NCBI GenBank assembly: GCA_036785375.1
Contig: JAWMAR010000471.1
Coordinates: 682,001 to 746,000 of the forward strand
DNA: 64,000 nt
Direction of reading: 5' to 3'
Origin: Leucoraja ocellata
Lineage: Eukaryota
Shown: positions 36,976 to 51,369 of the stretch, piece by piece
How the letters are laid out: each line of letters begins with the position of its first letter
Numbering within the stretch: position 1 is the stretch's first letter
The notes under the pieces: model-generated
Database searches by the model: none
The model's input: the letters and a program-made list of their open reading frames with translations, nothing else
Told to the model about the DNA's origin: nothing
Program-made: the position numbers and the translations under genes

Positions 36976-39460
36976 TCTAGCTTGTCCATTTATAATTGTA
37001 TATGTTTCTATAAGACCCCCCCCCCCCCCCCATCATCTTTCTAAACTCCAATGAATACAAGCCCAGTCTTTTCAATCTTTCCTCATATGACAGTCCCGCC
37101 ATCTCAGGGATCAATCTCGTGAACCTACGCTGAAATGCCTCAATCACAAGGATATCCTTCCTCAATTTAGGAGACCAAAACTGCACACAATACCCCAGAT
37201 ATGGCCTTACCAGAGCTCTATACAACTGCAGAAGAACCTCTTTACTCCGATACTGAAATCCTCTTGTAATGAAGGCCAACATTCCATTAGCTTTCTTCAC
37301 CGCCTCCTGTACCTGAACGCCAACGTTCAATGACTGGTGTGCAAGGCCGCCCAGGTCTCGATGCACCCCCCCCCCCCCCCCCCCTAACCAAAACCCATTG
37401 AGATAATAATCTGCTCCCTTGCTTTTGCCGGCAAAGTGGATAACCTCATATTTATCTATATTATACTGCATTTGCCACGCAACTGCCGATTCACTCTACC
37501 TGTCCAGGTCACCCTGCAACCTCCTAACATCCTCTTCACAGTTCACACTGCCACACAGCTTTGTGTCATCTGCAAACCTGGTAGTGTTGCTCCTAATTCC
37601 CTCTTCCAAATCATTAATATATATGGTGAAAAGTTGCGGCCCCAACACCGAGACTTGAGGCACTTCACTCGCCACTGCCTGCCATTCTGAAAATGACCCG
37701 TTCACTCCTACTCTTTGCTTCCTGTCTGCCAATCAATTTTCTATCCATGTCAACACCCTATCCCCAATACCATGTGCTCTAATTTTAGTCACCAGTCTCC
37801 CGTGCGGCACCTTATCAAAGGCTTTCTGAAAGTCTAGATACTCTACATCCAATGGATCCCCTCCAACCATTTAACTTGTCACAACCTCAAAAAAATCCCT
37901 TTCATAAATCCATGTATACTTGGACTAATCCTTTTGCTATCCAACTGCCCCATTATTACCTCTTTAGTAATTGACTCAGCATCTTATCCACCACCGAAGT
38001 CAGGCTAACTGGTCTGTAATTCCCCATTTTCTCTCTCGCTCCTTTCTTGAAAAGTGGGATAAGGAAGACATAAATAATTTGCCGGAATAGCAGGGGACCG
38101 GCGATCAAATAAGATGGAGGAGCGGAGTGAAATGCATGTTACTCGGGAAATTGAATGGATTAAAGGCCGATAAATCCCCAGGGCCATATAGGCTGCATCG
38201 TAGAGTGCTAAAGGATGTAGCCCCAGAAATAGTGGATGCATTAGTGATATTTTTTCAAAACTCTTCAGATTCTGGAGTTGTTCCTGAGGATTGGCGGGTA
38301 GCTAATGTAACCCCACATTTTAAAAAGGGAGGGAGCGAGAAAACGGGGAATTACAGACAAGTTAGTCTAACATCGGTAGTGGGGTAAATGCTAGAGTCAA
38401 TTATTAAAGATGGGATAGCAGCACATTTGGAAAGTGGAGAAATCATTGGACAGTCAGCATGGATTTATGAAAGGTAAATCATGTCTGACGAATCTTATAT
38501 AATTTTTCGAGGATGTAACTAGTAGAGTGGATAAGGGAGATCCAGTGAATGTGTCATATCTGGACTTTCAGAAGGCTTTCGACAAGGTCCCACATAAGAG
38601 ATTAGTACGCAAACTTAAAGCACACTGTATTGGGGCTTCAGTATTGATGTGGATAGATAACTTCTTGGCAGACGGGAAGCAAACTGTAGGAGTAAACGGG
38701 TCCTTTTCAGAATGGCAGGCAGTGACTAGTGAGGTACCGCATGGCTCAGTGCTGAGACCCCAGCTATTGACTATATATATACATGTTTTGGACGAGGGAA
38801 CTAAATGCAACTTCTCCAAGTTTGTGGATCACACGACGCTGGGGGCTGTATTACTGTGAGGAGGATGCTAGGACGCTGCAAGGTAACTTGGATAGGCTGG
38901 GCGATTGGGCAAATGCATGGCAGATGCAGTATAATGTGGATAAATGTGAGGTTATCCACTTTAGTGGCAAGAACAGGTAAGTAGACTATTACCTGAATGG
39001 TGGTCGATTAGGAAAAGGGGATATGCAACGAGACCTGGGTGTCATGGTACACCAGTCATTGAAAGTAGGCATGCAGGTGCAGCAGGCAGTGAAGAAGGCG
39101 AATTGTATGTTGGCATTCATAGCAAAAAGATTTTGAGAATAGGAGCAGGGAGGTTCTACCGCAGCTGTACAGGGCCTAGGTGAGACCACACCTGGAGTAT
39201 TCCGTACAGTTTTGGTCTCCTATTCTGAGGAAATACATTCTTGCCATAGAGGGAGTACAGAGAAGGTTCACCACACTGATTCATGGGATGGCAGGACTTC
39301 CATATGAAGCACGACTGGATAGACTCGGCTTGTACTCGCTAGAATTTTGAAGATTGAGGGGGGATCTTATAGAAACTTACAACATCCATAACGGGTTGGA
39401 CAGGCTAGATTGTTCCCGATTTTGGGGGAGTCCAGAACAAGGGGTCACAGTTTAAGGATA
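36976..39460. mobile_element. Head-to-head CR1 pair (- ~36976-38060; + ~38062-39460), unit 2
   Basis: RT motifs on both strands; paralogous to 17921-20420. Confidence 0.85.
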
Positions 39461-39693
39461 AGGGGGAACTTCTTTACTCAGAGAGTGGTAGCGGTGTGGA
39501 ATGAGCTTCCAGTGGAAGTGGTGGAGGCACGTTCGTTGGTATAATTTAAAAATAAATTGGATAGGCATATGGATGAGAAGGGAATGGAGGGTTATGGTAT
39601 GAGTGCAGGCAGGTAAAACTAAGGGAAAATAATTGTTCGGCACGGACTTGTAGGGCCGGGATGGCCTGTTTCCATGCAGTAATTGTTACATGG
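39461..39693 (+). mobile_element. CR1 (family A) 3' tip at a deletion junction
   Basis: Matches the family-A 3' end; followed directly by agaaggttcgcg, which lies at 23251 and 57973 in the other units. Confidence 0.85.
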
Positions 39694-40269
39694 AGAAGGT
39701 TCGCGTTTGTGATTGGTCATAGAGCAAATTGGTCTGGCATTTATCTCCCAAGCCATTACCCCAGGTAAACGCTGAAGTTCTGCAGATGCGAAGTGTTGAG
39801 AATGAAATCAAAGGGAAACAGCTTGAAAGGATGATTCTCGGACTCGTGTGCATCGTGCGTAGAACTCCGCAGTTGGGAAGACATTGAGAATGATGGAAGA
39901 GGCTTCCAATATAAAATGTAACTGATTACGAAAAACAAGGAATCTTTCTGTTGTTAGTGCCAGCTAAGATATTTATGAGGGTCAGGGTTGATTGGTGACT
40001 TTTAACTTGGCGGCAACTTCTGCACAAATCTTTCCATAACATTATTTACAATCAAACCCTCCATACTTTGAATGCAACAGCCAAGCCTTCAGCTCTCAAT
40101 GCCAATAGGTCCACAATTCCGTTCCACAACCGTTCCATGCCCACCACTCTTTTCTATTTGCGGCCATCTATTTTCCATGTAAGTACCCAGACCACAATAC
40201 TTGATTCACATCTTGTAAACAGCTTCTCCTACTATAATTTGTGCAATAATATGCATATAAACACATACA

Positions 40270-40568
40270 TTTCGTTTAGGGATACAGCGCGGAAACAGGC
40301 CCCTCGGCTCATAAAGTCCGCGTTGCTCAGCGATTCCCGCACACTAACACAATTCTGCGCACTGGAGATATTTTACCATTTTACCGAAACTACAAACTGA
40401 TACGTCTTTGGAGTATTCGAAGAGACCAGGACAAAACGCTTCTTGGAGAACGGACAACTCGCCACGCGGATAACGGACAAATTCCGTGCCGGGAACAACC
40501 GTGATCAGGATCAAACCCGGATCTCTGGCTGTTTCGGACAGCAACATTACCGCTGCGGCGCGTGGTCC
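40270..40568 (-). mobile_element. HE1-like tRNA-derived SINE with CR1-type tail (paralog ~58545-58832)
   Basis: Head with ggtttgatcc B-box-like motif; tail gggcctgtttccgcgctgta resembles the CR1 3' end. Confidence 0.7.
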
Positions 40569-41149
40569 CCGTCCCCGTTCTGCAGCGGGCGAAGCAGTCA
40601 TACCGGGCTGGTCATCCTTTTTAGGCGATAGAGGTCTGGCCAAGCCGGTGATACTCTGTCGGCGGTGGGCTGCCTACTGCTGGGTTTGGCTGCGGCTAAA
40701 TCAAATTTGGCCGCGCTTTGGACACATTCGAGACACATGCAGGTTTGCCGTTTAATTGGTCTCTGTAACTGTTCCTGTGTGCAGGAGAGAGGCTGTGTGC
40801 GGATACTTGCCGGACGGCGCGGACGTGATGGAGCGAAGGGACAGTTTTCACTCTGTAAACCAAACTTAAGGAAACTCAAGCAATGTATTATAGTTCACTT
40901 TATAATTCGCTTTCTTCAGAAACGGCTCGAATTAGATTGTTTCCCTTTCAAAGTCAGTATCGTGTAACTGAAATGTAACTAGCAGATGGAAGAGTTGTCA
41001 CCGGAAGTAAAGATAATGATATGTTTCTGTCTTCCTCTTCACAATTCTTTATTCTTCCAAGTACTTTTTAGATTGAAAGAACAAAAGATGAAAAACTAGT
41101 TTGTTCTCAACACAAATCCTATTAAATCGCAGACAGAAATATATGCGGG

Positions 41150-43815
41150 GAGGCTTTGGCATGATAGATTGGAGGGCTCATCTAGGGAGGCTATTTGGGT
41201 GGAATTGAGGTGGGAAAGTTGTAGCAACACTTATAGGGGTGTATTATAGACCGCCAAACGGGGAACGAGAACTGGAAGAGCAAATATGTAAGGAGATAGC
41301 AGAGATTAGTAGTAAGCACAAGGTAGTGATTGTGGGAGATTTCAACTTTCCACACATAGACTGGGAAACACATTCTGTAAATGGGCTGGATGGGTTGGAG
41401 TTTGTAAAATGTGTGCAGGATAGTTTTTTGCAGCAACACATAGAGGTACCTACTAGAGGAGGGGCAGTGCTGGACCTCCTGTTAGGAAATGAGACTGGAC
41501 AGGTGGCGGAGGTATGCGTTGGGGAGCACTTCGGGTCCAGTGATCACAATACCATTAGTTTCAATATAACTATGGAGAGGGTCAGAACTGGACCTAGGGT
41601 TGAGATTTTTGATTGGAGAAAGGCTAACTTTGATGCGATGCGAGATGATTTAAAAGGAGTGAACTGGGACATTTTGTTTTATGGGAAAGATGTAGAAGAG
41701 AAATGGAGGACATTTAAAGGGGAAATTTTAAGAGTACATAATCTTTATGTTCCTGTTCGGTTGAAAGGAAACAGTAAAAATTGGAAAGAGCCCTGGTTTT
41801 CAAGGGAAATTGGACATCTTGTTCGGAAAAAGAGGGAGATCTACAATAATTATAGGCAGCATGAAGTAAATGAGGTGCTTGAGGAGTATAAGGAATGTAA
41901 AAAGAATCTTAAGAAAGAAATTAGAAAAGCTAAAAGAAGATATGAGGTTGCTTTGGCAAGTAAGGTGAAAGTCAATCCAAAGGGTTTCTACAGCTATATT
42001 AATAGCAAAAGGATAAGGAGGGACAAAATTGGTCCATTGGAGAGACAGAGTGGACAGCTATCTGCAGAGCCAAAAGAGATGGGGGAGATATTGAACAATT
42101 TTTTTTCTTCGGTATTAACCAAGGAGAAGGATATTGAATTATGTGAGGTAAGGGAAACTAGTAGAGTAGCTATGGATACTATGAGGTTCAAAGTAAAATA
42201 AGTACTGACACTTTTGAAAAATATAAAAGTGGATAAGTCTCCAGGTCCTGACAGGATATTCCCTAGGACATCGAGGGAAGTTAGTGTAGAAATAGCCGGG
42301 GCTATGACAGAAATATTTCAAATGTCATTAGGAACGGGAATAGTCCCCGAGGATTGGCGTACTGCGCATGTTGTTCCATTGTTTAAAAAGGGTTCTAAGA
42401 GTAAACCTAGCAATTATAGACCTGTTAGTTTGACTTCAGTGGTGGGCAAATTAATGGAAAAGATACTTAGAGATAATATATATAAGCATCTAGATAAACA
42501 GGGTCTGATTAGGAACAGTCAACATGGATTTGTGCCTGGAAGGTCATGTTTGACTAATCTTCTTGAATTTTTTGAAGAGGTTACTAGGGAAATTGACGAG
42601 CGTAAAGCAGTGGATGTTGTCTATATGGACTTTAGTAAGGCCTTTGACAAGGTTCCTCATGGAAGGTTGGTTAAGAAGGTTCAACTGTTGGGTATAAATG
42701 CAGGAATAGCAAGATGGATTCAACAGTGGCTGAATGGGAGAAGCCAGAGGGTAATGGTGGATGGCTGTTTATCGGGTTGGAGGCAGGTGACTAGCGGGGT
42801 GCCTCGGGGATCTGTGTTGGGTCCTTTGTTGTTTGTCATGTACATCAATGATCTGGATGAAGGTGTGGTAAATTGGATTAGTAAGTATGCAGATGATACC
42901 AAGATAGGGGGTGTTGTGGATAATGAAGAGGATTTCCAAAGTCTACAGAGTGATTTAGGCCATTTGGAAAAATGGGCTGAAAGATGGCAGATGGAGTTTA
43001 ATGCTGATAAATGTGAGGTGCTACACCTTGGCAGGACAAATCAAAATAGGAGGTACATGGTAAATGGTAGGGAATTGAAGAATACAGTTGAACAGAGGGA
43101 TCTGGGTATAACCGTGCATAGTTCCTTGAAGGTGGAATCTCATATAGATAGGGTGGTAAAGAAAGCTTTTGGTATGCTAGCCTTTATAAATCAGAGCGTT
43201 GAGTATAGAAGCTGGGATGTAATGTTAAAATTGTACAAGGCATTGGTGAGGCCAAATCTGGAGTATGGTGTACAATTTTGGTCGCCAAATTATAGGAAGG
43301 ATGTCAACAAAATAGAGAGAGTACGGAGGAGATTTACTAGAATGTTGCCTGGGTTTCAGCAACTAAGTTACAGAGAAAGGTTGAACAAGTTAGGGCTTTA
43401 TTCTTTGGAGCGCAGAAGGTTAAGGGGGGACCTGATATAGGTCTTTAAAATGATGAGAGGGATAGACATATTTGATGTGGACAAGCTTTTCCCTTTGAGA
43501 ATAGGGAAGATTCAAACAAGAGGACATGACTTCAGAATTAAGGGACAGAAGTTTAGGGGTAATATGAGGGGGAACTTCTTTACGCAGAGAGTGGTGGCGG
43601 TGTGGAATGAGCTCCCAGTGGAAGTGGTGGAGGCAGGTTCATTGGTATCATTTAAAAATAAATTGGATAGGCATATGGATGAGAAGGGAATGGAGGGTTA
43701 TGGTACGAGTGCAGGCAGGTGGGACTAAGGGGAAAAAAATTGTTCGGCATGGACTTGTAGGGCCGAGATGGCCTGTTTCCGTGCTGTAATTGTTATATGG
43801 TTATATGGTTATATG
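41150..43815 (+). mobile_element. Young 5'-truncated CR1 (family A) ORF2, unit 2 only
   Basis: ORFs 41239-42201, 42214-43440 and 43450-43728 share one frame with only two point stops; (ttatatgg)n tail; empty site atatgcgggattgattcg at ~29470 and ~59393. Confidence 0.95.
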
Positions 43816-44359
43816 GGATTGATTCGAGTTGATCAAGAGCACCTTGGTCACATTGAATAATTAAAATTGTTGAAACAGAATCTCTTGCTTGTTTCATATT
43901 GCTCGTGTTCAGAGTTCTTCAACGACGAAGACATATCCACCTGGTTAACTTCGCCAACACATTCCTAAGTATTCATAATTTGAGTGTTAATAATAAATAG
44001 ATCTTGGACTAAATCGACTAAACCTGGTGTTTTTATTCCTGTATTGAAATAAGTTGCGCAACTTCTGGGGGCTGATAAATCCTCGGTAACCCGTCATGGT
44101 CAATGTGTATCTGCAACAACAGAGGTGCAGCTGTAGAAACGCTGCCGAATATGACAGTGCCCCAAAGCTTTATTTCATCGAATCTGCTTTTTAACATTAG
44201 GACCGAACTCTCTCTTCAGTACATGAATGTATTTGTATTGCTAATATTATGCCAATCTCTGTTCAGTCACCATTCAAATACACTTTACTGATTGCAACTG
44301 GCGAATTCCGTTTTGTAGAAAAATAATTAGCCTTGGACATTAAATGTATTTTTCACCTT

Positions 44360-44845
44360 GCGGGCGGCACTGGATTTCAACACCGCGGGGCCTGGTGTCC
44401 GAGTTCTCCAGTGTCAGATGTCCGGCCAGCGCGGCCTGAGAACTTTGGACATTGCAGTCTTCAGGGAGGAAGCGGCCGCTTCAGCCCAGGCCGCTGAAGA
44501 ATGTTCACCCGACGCCGATGATCCAGCTTCGCGGCAGAGGGCCTGAGAACATCGAGTTGGCTGAGGAGGCCACATATAGACCCCGACCTCGGGTGGACTA
44601 TGAGGGGGAGAACTGGATATTTTTAGTGCCTTCCCTCACAGTGAATTCTGCTGTGGGGGGACGTTTCATGTTGATTACTATAGTGTACTGTTCTGTGTCT
44701 TTTTTTCTTTTTCTCTTTTTTGTTTTGTATGGATTTATTGACATTTGATCTGTTCAATTAATTTAATCAATCTCTGTAAAGCACTTTGGTTCAAATACTG
44801 GTTTTGTTGAAAAGTGCTATATAAATAAACATTATTATTATTATT
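44360..44845 (+). mobile_element. SINE or L2-type 3' fragment with (tta)n tail, unit 2 only
   Basis: tgtaaagcactttg...aaaagtgctatataaat L2-like 3' end; interrupts cctt|acaactgctgcc seen intact at ~30020 and ~59940. Confidence 0.7.
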
Positions 44846-47800
44846 ACAACTGCTGCCTTGCCGTTGGAGATTTCTTTTCTTTTCTGAGCAGTTGTACATG
44901 TTCAGTATCTGTGGTATTTTGTATTTTATTAAACTACGCCCTATTGCAGCTGGTCCAAATTCGGCGCATGTTCTGCTGTATAAGCCAAACATGCAGGGTT
45001 CAGCCATTGCCTGAAAATGAAATACTTCGTTTAATAGCAGGCGCAATCACGTTCACAATCACTGCACCTCTTCGGACTTCCTGTTAGCCATTGCGAAATT
45101 AATACCAAACTTCCTAAACCTGGTCCAGACTCTGTCTGTATTGGAACTTAGAACATAGAACATACAGCAAAAGAACGTTCAGTTTAGTTTATTGCCTCGT
45201 GTACCGAGGTACATTGGAAAGCTTTTGTTGCGTGCTATCCAGACAGCAGAAAGACAGCACATTATTGTAATCGAGCCATTCGCAGTATTAAAGATACATG
45301 ATAAGGGAACAAGGTTTAATGAAAGGTGAAGCCAGCATAGCCCGATCAAACATGGTGCTCGGGTCAGCATTTAGATGGATCAGTTGAAGAACAGATTTTG
45401 AGTCAACAATGTTCCTGTCGACCCGATACCAAGACCAGCTCCGATCCACCTGCGCGTAATCAATATCCTTCCATTCCCTGCAGAATCATATCTCCATCCA
45501 AAACTATTTTACATTCTACTATCGTATCCGCCTTAACCAGCAGCGCGTTATAAACACTCGCCACACTTTGTGTAAAACCTTGCGCCGCACATGTTCTTTA
45601 AATGTTGCCCTTCTTAGCATAAAGCTGTGCCCTCTTCGATACAGTTTTTTCCATTCTGGGAAAATCAACATTCTGACAATCTACCGGGTCTCATAAGTTT
45701 ACATAACTTAAACCAGTTGTACCCGCAATCTCCGACGTTCCAGTGGGATAAAAATCCAAATATGACCAATCTCCCCCTGTATCTAATACCCGCTAATCCA
45801 GCCACCATGCGCAACTGAGCAACTGCGGCTGTAAAACAAGCTGTTCTTATTAATTTCTCCATCTTGCTGAATTGGCAGTCATTCACTAATGGCCTTGTTG
45901 CCGGTCACCAGTCTGTGCAGCGTTGTAGTTTAGTTATTTTACATTAGTTTGGTGTAGTTCAAGTAAACTAAACAAATACAATTACACAAACAATACTATA
46001 CAAAAAACAAAACAAATGAATGACCAGTTACACTACACGCACAGGCTCTCCCTTGTCCATTGTCCTACTACCTTCCTTAAAAAAAATCGAGAACATTAGT
46101 CAAGCGTGATTTCCCCTTCGTAAATCCATGCTGACTCGGACCGATCATGTTACTGCTATCCAAATGTGCGCTATTTAGTCTTTTATAATTGATTCCAGCA
46201 TCTTCCCCACCACCGATGTCAGGCTAACTGGTCTACAATTCCCTGTTTTATCTCTCCCGACTTTCTTAAAAAGTTGGAAAACATTAGCTACGCTCCAATC
46301 CACAGGAACTGATCCTGAATCTATGGAACATTGGAAAATTATCACCAATGCAACCACGATTTCTAGAGCCATTTCCTTAAGTACCCTGGGATGCAGACTA
46401 TCAGGCCTTGGGGCTTTATCAGCCTTCAGTTCCATCAGTCAACCCAACACCATGTCATGCCTGATGTGGATTTCCTTCAGTTCCTTCGTTAACCCAGATC
46501 CTCTGGCTACTACTACATCAGGAACATTGTTTGTGTCCTCCCTAGTGATGACAGATCCAAAGTAACTGTTCAACCCGTCTGCCATTTTCTTGTTCCCCTT
46601 AATAAATTCACTTTTTTCAGTCTTCTTGGACCCAGTCTTCGAGGATGTAGTTGAGGCAGGTACTGTCGCAACGTTTAAGAAATAATGCGACAGGTACATG
46701 GATAAGATATGTTCACAGGAATATGGCCACTCGTAGGCAGGTGGGGTGTGCAGATGGGGTTCATTGGTCATCGTGGGCAGGTTGTGCCGGAGGACTATTT
46801 TTCACGATGTATGACACTAGAACTCTATGCCAAGATGGAAGAACAACAAGTCACTTTCCGCTTGTGCAAAGCATACGTTTCTGGAGTTAACATCCGAGTC
46901 GTCAACGTTACTAAATCTATATTTCTGCTAATTTGGAAGAAAATTCGGCATATCGACGTCTGTCTTGATTATATTGTCTCTCGTGGTAACGTCCACAACG
47001 TGAAATGTCAATTCACCACATCGTTCGCTCCAGAGAATTAAAATATCCTGACCTATACAGTCTCTCTCGGAATTGAACGTCTCCAGTCCTGCAAAAACGT
47101 TGTCGTTAATACGCTGCCACTCCCCAGATTAATGGTATCAATGCGAACATATTGCGATTTGGAGAACATCGCACGTGCGGTCTCGCCAACGTCCCAGACC
47201 AGATTGTTAAACTCCACTTATACCCAACTGCGTACGACTCCTGCAGTGAAATAAGCCCACACATCAAGCTGGCTGAGGAGGAAAGAATCCTACCATCCAC
47301 ATTCAAATTTCAAATTGTTCATGAACAAGATGGAGAAAAGGCCCTGTTTCTGTGCTGTGTGACATGCAACTACCACTTACAATGAGAGTTGGTTCAATAT
47401 ACCTGCCCCTCCCGTGAGGGAGAGTTGGCCCTGCGTGCCCTTTAAATATTTACTTATTTTAGACTCCTGCCTCTTGTAGAGACCTATATCTTAGGAACAA
47501 AATATAACACCTCAATTGATGACCTTGTCATGTTTTAATTCTCCATAATTCCTCCTGTTTTGTTCGCTGCAGAGAGAAAAAGCTTCTGCATTATCCAGTC
47601 CATCTCATAATTCACACTGTCCAATATTAGTAACATTCGTGTGAGGAGAGTTGCATACTCCCTAGTTTAAATGGATCCTTAATGAATTATTTTGAAAAAT
47701 AATATCCCTCTTCCTGTGCTGTACTGCTCTGTGAAGATTTTTTTTCTTTGAATTGCTGAGTTTGAGTGCAGCAAACATGACATTTTCTTCGTAGGTCAAG

Positions 47801-48676
47801 ACTTTCTTCAAAATTATCTATCCCCAAACATGTACAGCCGGCCAGAGTCTCCTTAACGGATTCGATCGGTTCTATCATCTTGCACATCAACATTCTTGAT
47901 ATCTCCAACGGATCTATGCATTGAGAAGATTTCGCCCTAATATCTGGAGTAACATCAAAAGCTGTTCACCTCTGTGTTTCACGAATTAACACGTTTCTTT
48001 AAACATAACCTGTTGATCAAGAATATTTCTAGCCGCTGTTTATTTCCAGTCAGTTGTCACGTTACACATTATATTCGCCTATCCTTTACTTCATGCGGTG
48101 CCAACAGTTGAAAGACATTAATGCTGCTGTTGTATCTGAATGTATACGAAGTCTTCTGGAAGGTTCCATGTGGTTTACATCATTTAGACCCTGCCCAAAA
48201 ATGATAATCTTTCCTTTTGAAAGGCAGCTCCACGAAACGCAAGATCAAATTATTAATGGGTGCATGTTAAATGAATGGAACGGTGTCTGGAAAATGCATT
48301 ACAAATGCTACAAATGAAATACTGTATTACATCGCAGCATGTGTGGACAAATGCTACATCACATGGATTTTGCTGCATCTGTGTGCCACGCGTTAACATT
48401 TAAAAATAGAATGTGCAGTCGTATTTTACAATTCCTTTGTTCTGTTGGTGCTCAGCTGGTGCCTGAGTAGGGAGCGGTCGCATAATGAGTTTGATCGCTT
48501 TGCATCACATGGGAGCAAACTATTTGCTCATCGGTCCAAAATAAATGTCCGCGGGGAGGTGAACGCACGCAGTACTTCACTTTTTTCCAGGAATATAAAG
48601 ATAGCGCTGTTTGACTTCTCACTTTGACTTTCTCACAAATTTTGCACTGCATAACTGCGGACGGCTTGAAGGAACA

Positions 48677-51369
48677 ATGAGTTGGAAGCGGCACTTGACA
48701 GTTGAATATTATTATTATCCAATTCTGGCAGCAATCGGCGTACCCGGTAGGTCAATGGAATGCAGTAAGTGGGACTGAGATGTGGGATGCTGTGTTGATA
48801 AAGACAATGTTAAAGGTAAAGTGAAAATAGTGTGCGAGACACGGGAATGCAAGACTGCATTCTTCAGGTTAGGGCGGTATTAACCAGAACATGTTGATAT
48901 ACTTGCATCAGAAAGAACTGCATTTGCTGGAGAAATCGAAGCCGCACAAAAATGCTGTAGAACCTCAGCGGACGAAGCAGCATCTGAGAAGCGAAGGAAT
49001 AGCTGACGTTTCGGGTCGAGAGCGATCAGTCTGAAGGGTCTCGATCCGAAACGTCACCTATTCCTTTGTTAATATACTTGATCGTTGGTCGTTCATTGGA
49101 TCTGGCACAGGTTAATTCTCTTCAGATTCAGATTTACGTGCATTGTAGTCATGTCTCTCCGGGAGTTGCAAAAAGCTTTGGTTTGCAAACAATCCAATCA
49201 GATCAAATAATATTAAATACCAGTACTAACAATTCAATCTCAGCAACAGGTAATGTAAAGGGTGAAATCGGAATGCAGAGCACAGTTCAAGTATGGTCGC
49301 GCATAAAGCCCAATGTCAGCAAGGGGGTAGAGGTGATACGGCAACACCTTGGTATATGAAAACGCGGCTCAGAAGCCTGACAACAGAGGGGAGGAGGCAG
49401 TTCTGGAATCTGGTGATGTGAGCTTTAAGCCTTCTGTATCTTCTGCCCGACGGGTGCAGGAAGTATAAGGAATGAGCGGGGGTGAGACATGTATTTAAAC
49501 ATGTCGCCTCCGTATCCCAGGCTCAACATCGTGATATGGACCCGGCTTCATCCAGAACCATCTGCAATGTATTGTTTAAAAGGCAGAGATGTCCCCACAA
49601 CAAGCAATGATACACTCAACAGTAAGCGTTCAATGCTAATATGTAGCAGAAGGTTTGAGTCATTAGAGGCAGGTCAGAGTTTCTCAGTTTTCTCAGTAAA
49701 GGTGTTGGTCTGGATATCGGAGATAGATATTAATGAGATATTAACTCCGAGGAACTTGAAATCCTCCACCACCTCCACTTCAGCACCATTGATGGTGACC
49801 GGTGACCCACCGCATTTTCCTGAAATCGATAACTAGCTCCTTCGTCTTGTTGACACTGACGTTGAGATTGTTATTATCTGGAAACCTGTGGGAGCAGTTA
49901 CAGTTGGCCGCGGGGTCGTGAGTGTAGAGGGTGTAGTCGGGGAAGGAGCAGACATCTTTATGTGGCACCGTTGTAGAGAATGATTGTGGAAGGGGTGTTA
50001 TCACTAATTCTCACTGATTAAAGTATGTTCATCAGAAAGTCGAGTATCCACTCGCAAGCTGAGGTGCTGATCGCAAGGTTCAGGAGTTTATCAACGTGTT
50101 TGGATGGGGGCATTGATGAAGGCAAGTACTTCAGCGGATCAATGGGAATCGAACGTTCGACTGCTTGCTGCCCGGCTGTTCCCGAGAAGGGTTTATTACA
50201 AGGACGATTATGTCTGATGCGGACATGCTGCCGCAATATGCAGTCTACGGTGGATCAATGGTGGCTGGGAAACAGCTCACGCTGCCTGCGTATTCCGCTG
50301 CTAAATAATGCGCACATCTCCTTAGCACGCACCCAGGTGTGCATGTGGGCCAGTTGTTTTGGAACAAATAAACAAAGCGTAACCCAAGTTTAACCCCCGC
50401 CGCCTAATGAGCATCGCTCTTCCATTGCATGTAACGACAGTTTTCTCTTTTCCAGTGAACCTGCTGGCGATTGTGATCCTGTCCCGCAGAAATTGTGGTC
50501 TCTCCAAATGCACCACTCGGTACCTGGTGGCCATGGCGACAGTGGACCTCTTCGTGATCGTCTGCGAAGTGATATTACATCGGATTGCCGACCTTTACTG
50601 GATGTACTCTTTCCTCTTTCACAATACTATGTGCAGGTCCATTATGTTCCTCGCTCCCGCGGCCGTTGCCTGTTCTGTTTGGCTCACGGTCGCTTTCACA
50701 TTTGATCGCTTTGTGGCCATTTCCACTCAGAATCTGAGAACCAGATACTGCACCGAGAGAACCGCGCTGGTGGTTATAGTGACCCTAACTGCGTTCTTCT
50801 GTTTACTGAACGTCCCCTGGCCGTTTGCGTACAATTATTATGTCAGGGATAAGCAGGATATACTGTGGGGTTGCCAAATACGATATCACTTCTACAGCCT
50901 ATCCTCGTGGATAGCATTTTCCTGGACTCAACAGCTGCTAGTCCCAGTCATTCCATTTTGTTTGATTATGATGATGAACGTGCTCACTGTCAGGCGCATT
51001 TTAGTGGCCAGTCGTGTCCGCAGAAAACTCCGCGATCTCAGTAATGAGGACCCCGAGATCGCAAACCGCAGACGGTCCGTAATTTTACTCCTTGCAATTT
51101 CCAGCAGTTTTATGCTGCTCTGGGGCACAAATGTAGCATATTTCGTTTTATATCGAATTACGAGTGCATTTATGTCCAGGGGGTTGAAGAACCCATTTCC
51201 AACCTTTGAACAAACTGGAATTCTGCTACAACTGTTGAACACCTGCACAAACACGCTCATTTACACCGTGACCCAGAGGAGGTTCAGAGAGCATCTGCTC
51301 CAGGTACTGATGTACCCCTTCACCCTAACTGTAAGTTTAATAAAATCGAGAACACCAGGTGTAAATTAA
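48677..51369 (+). CDS. GPR139/142-like class A GPCR copy 3, 327 aa (exon1 48677-48746, exon2 50456-51369)
   Basis: MSWKRHLTVEYYYYPILAAIGVP|VNLLAIVILS; all 7TM motifs present; 1709-bp GT-AG intron; no stops. Confidence 0.92.
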
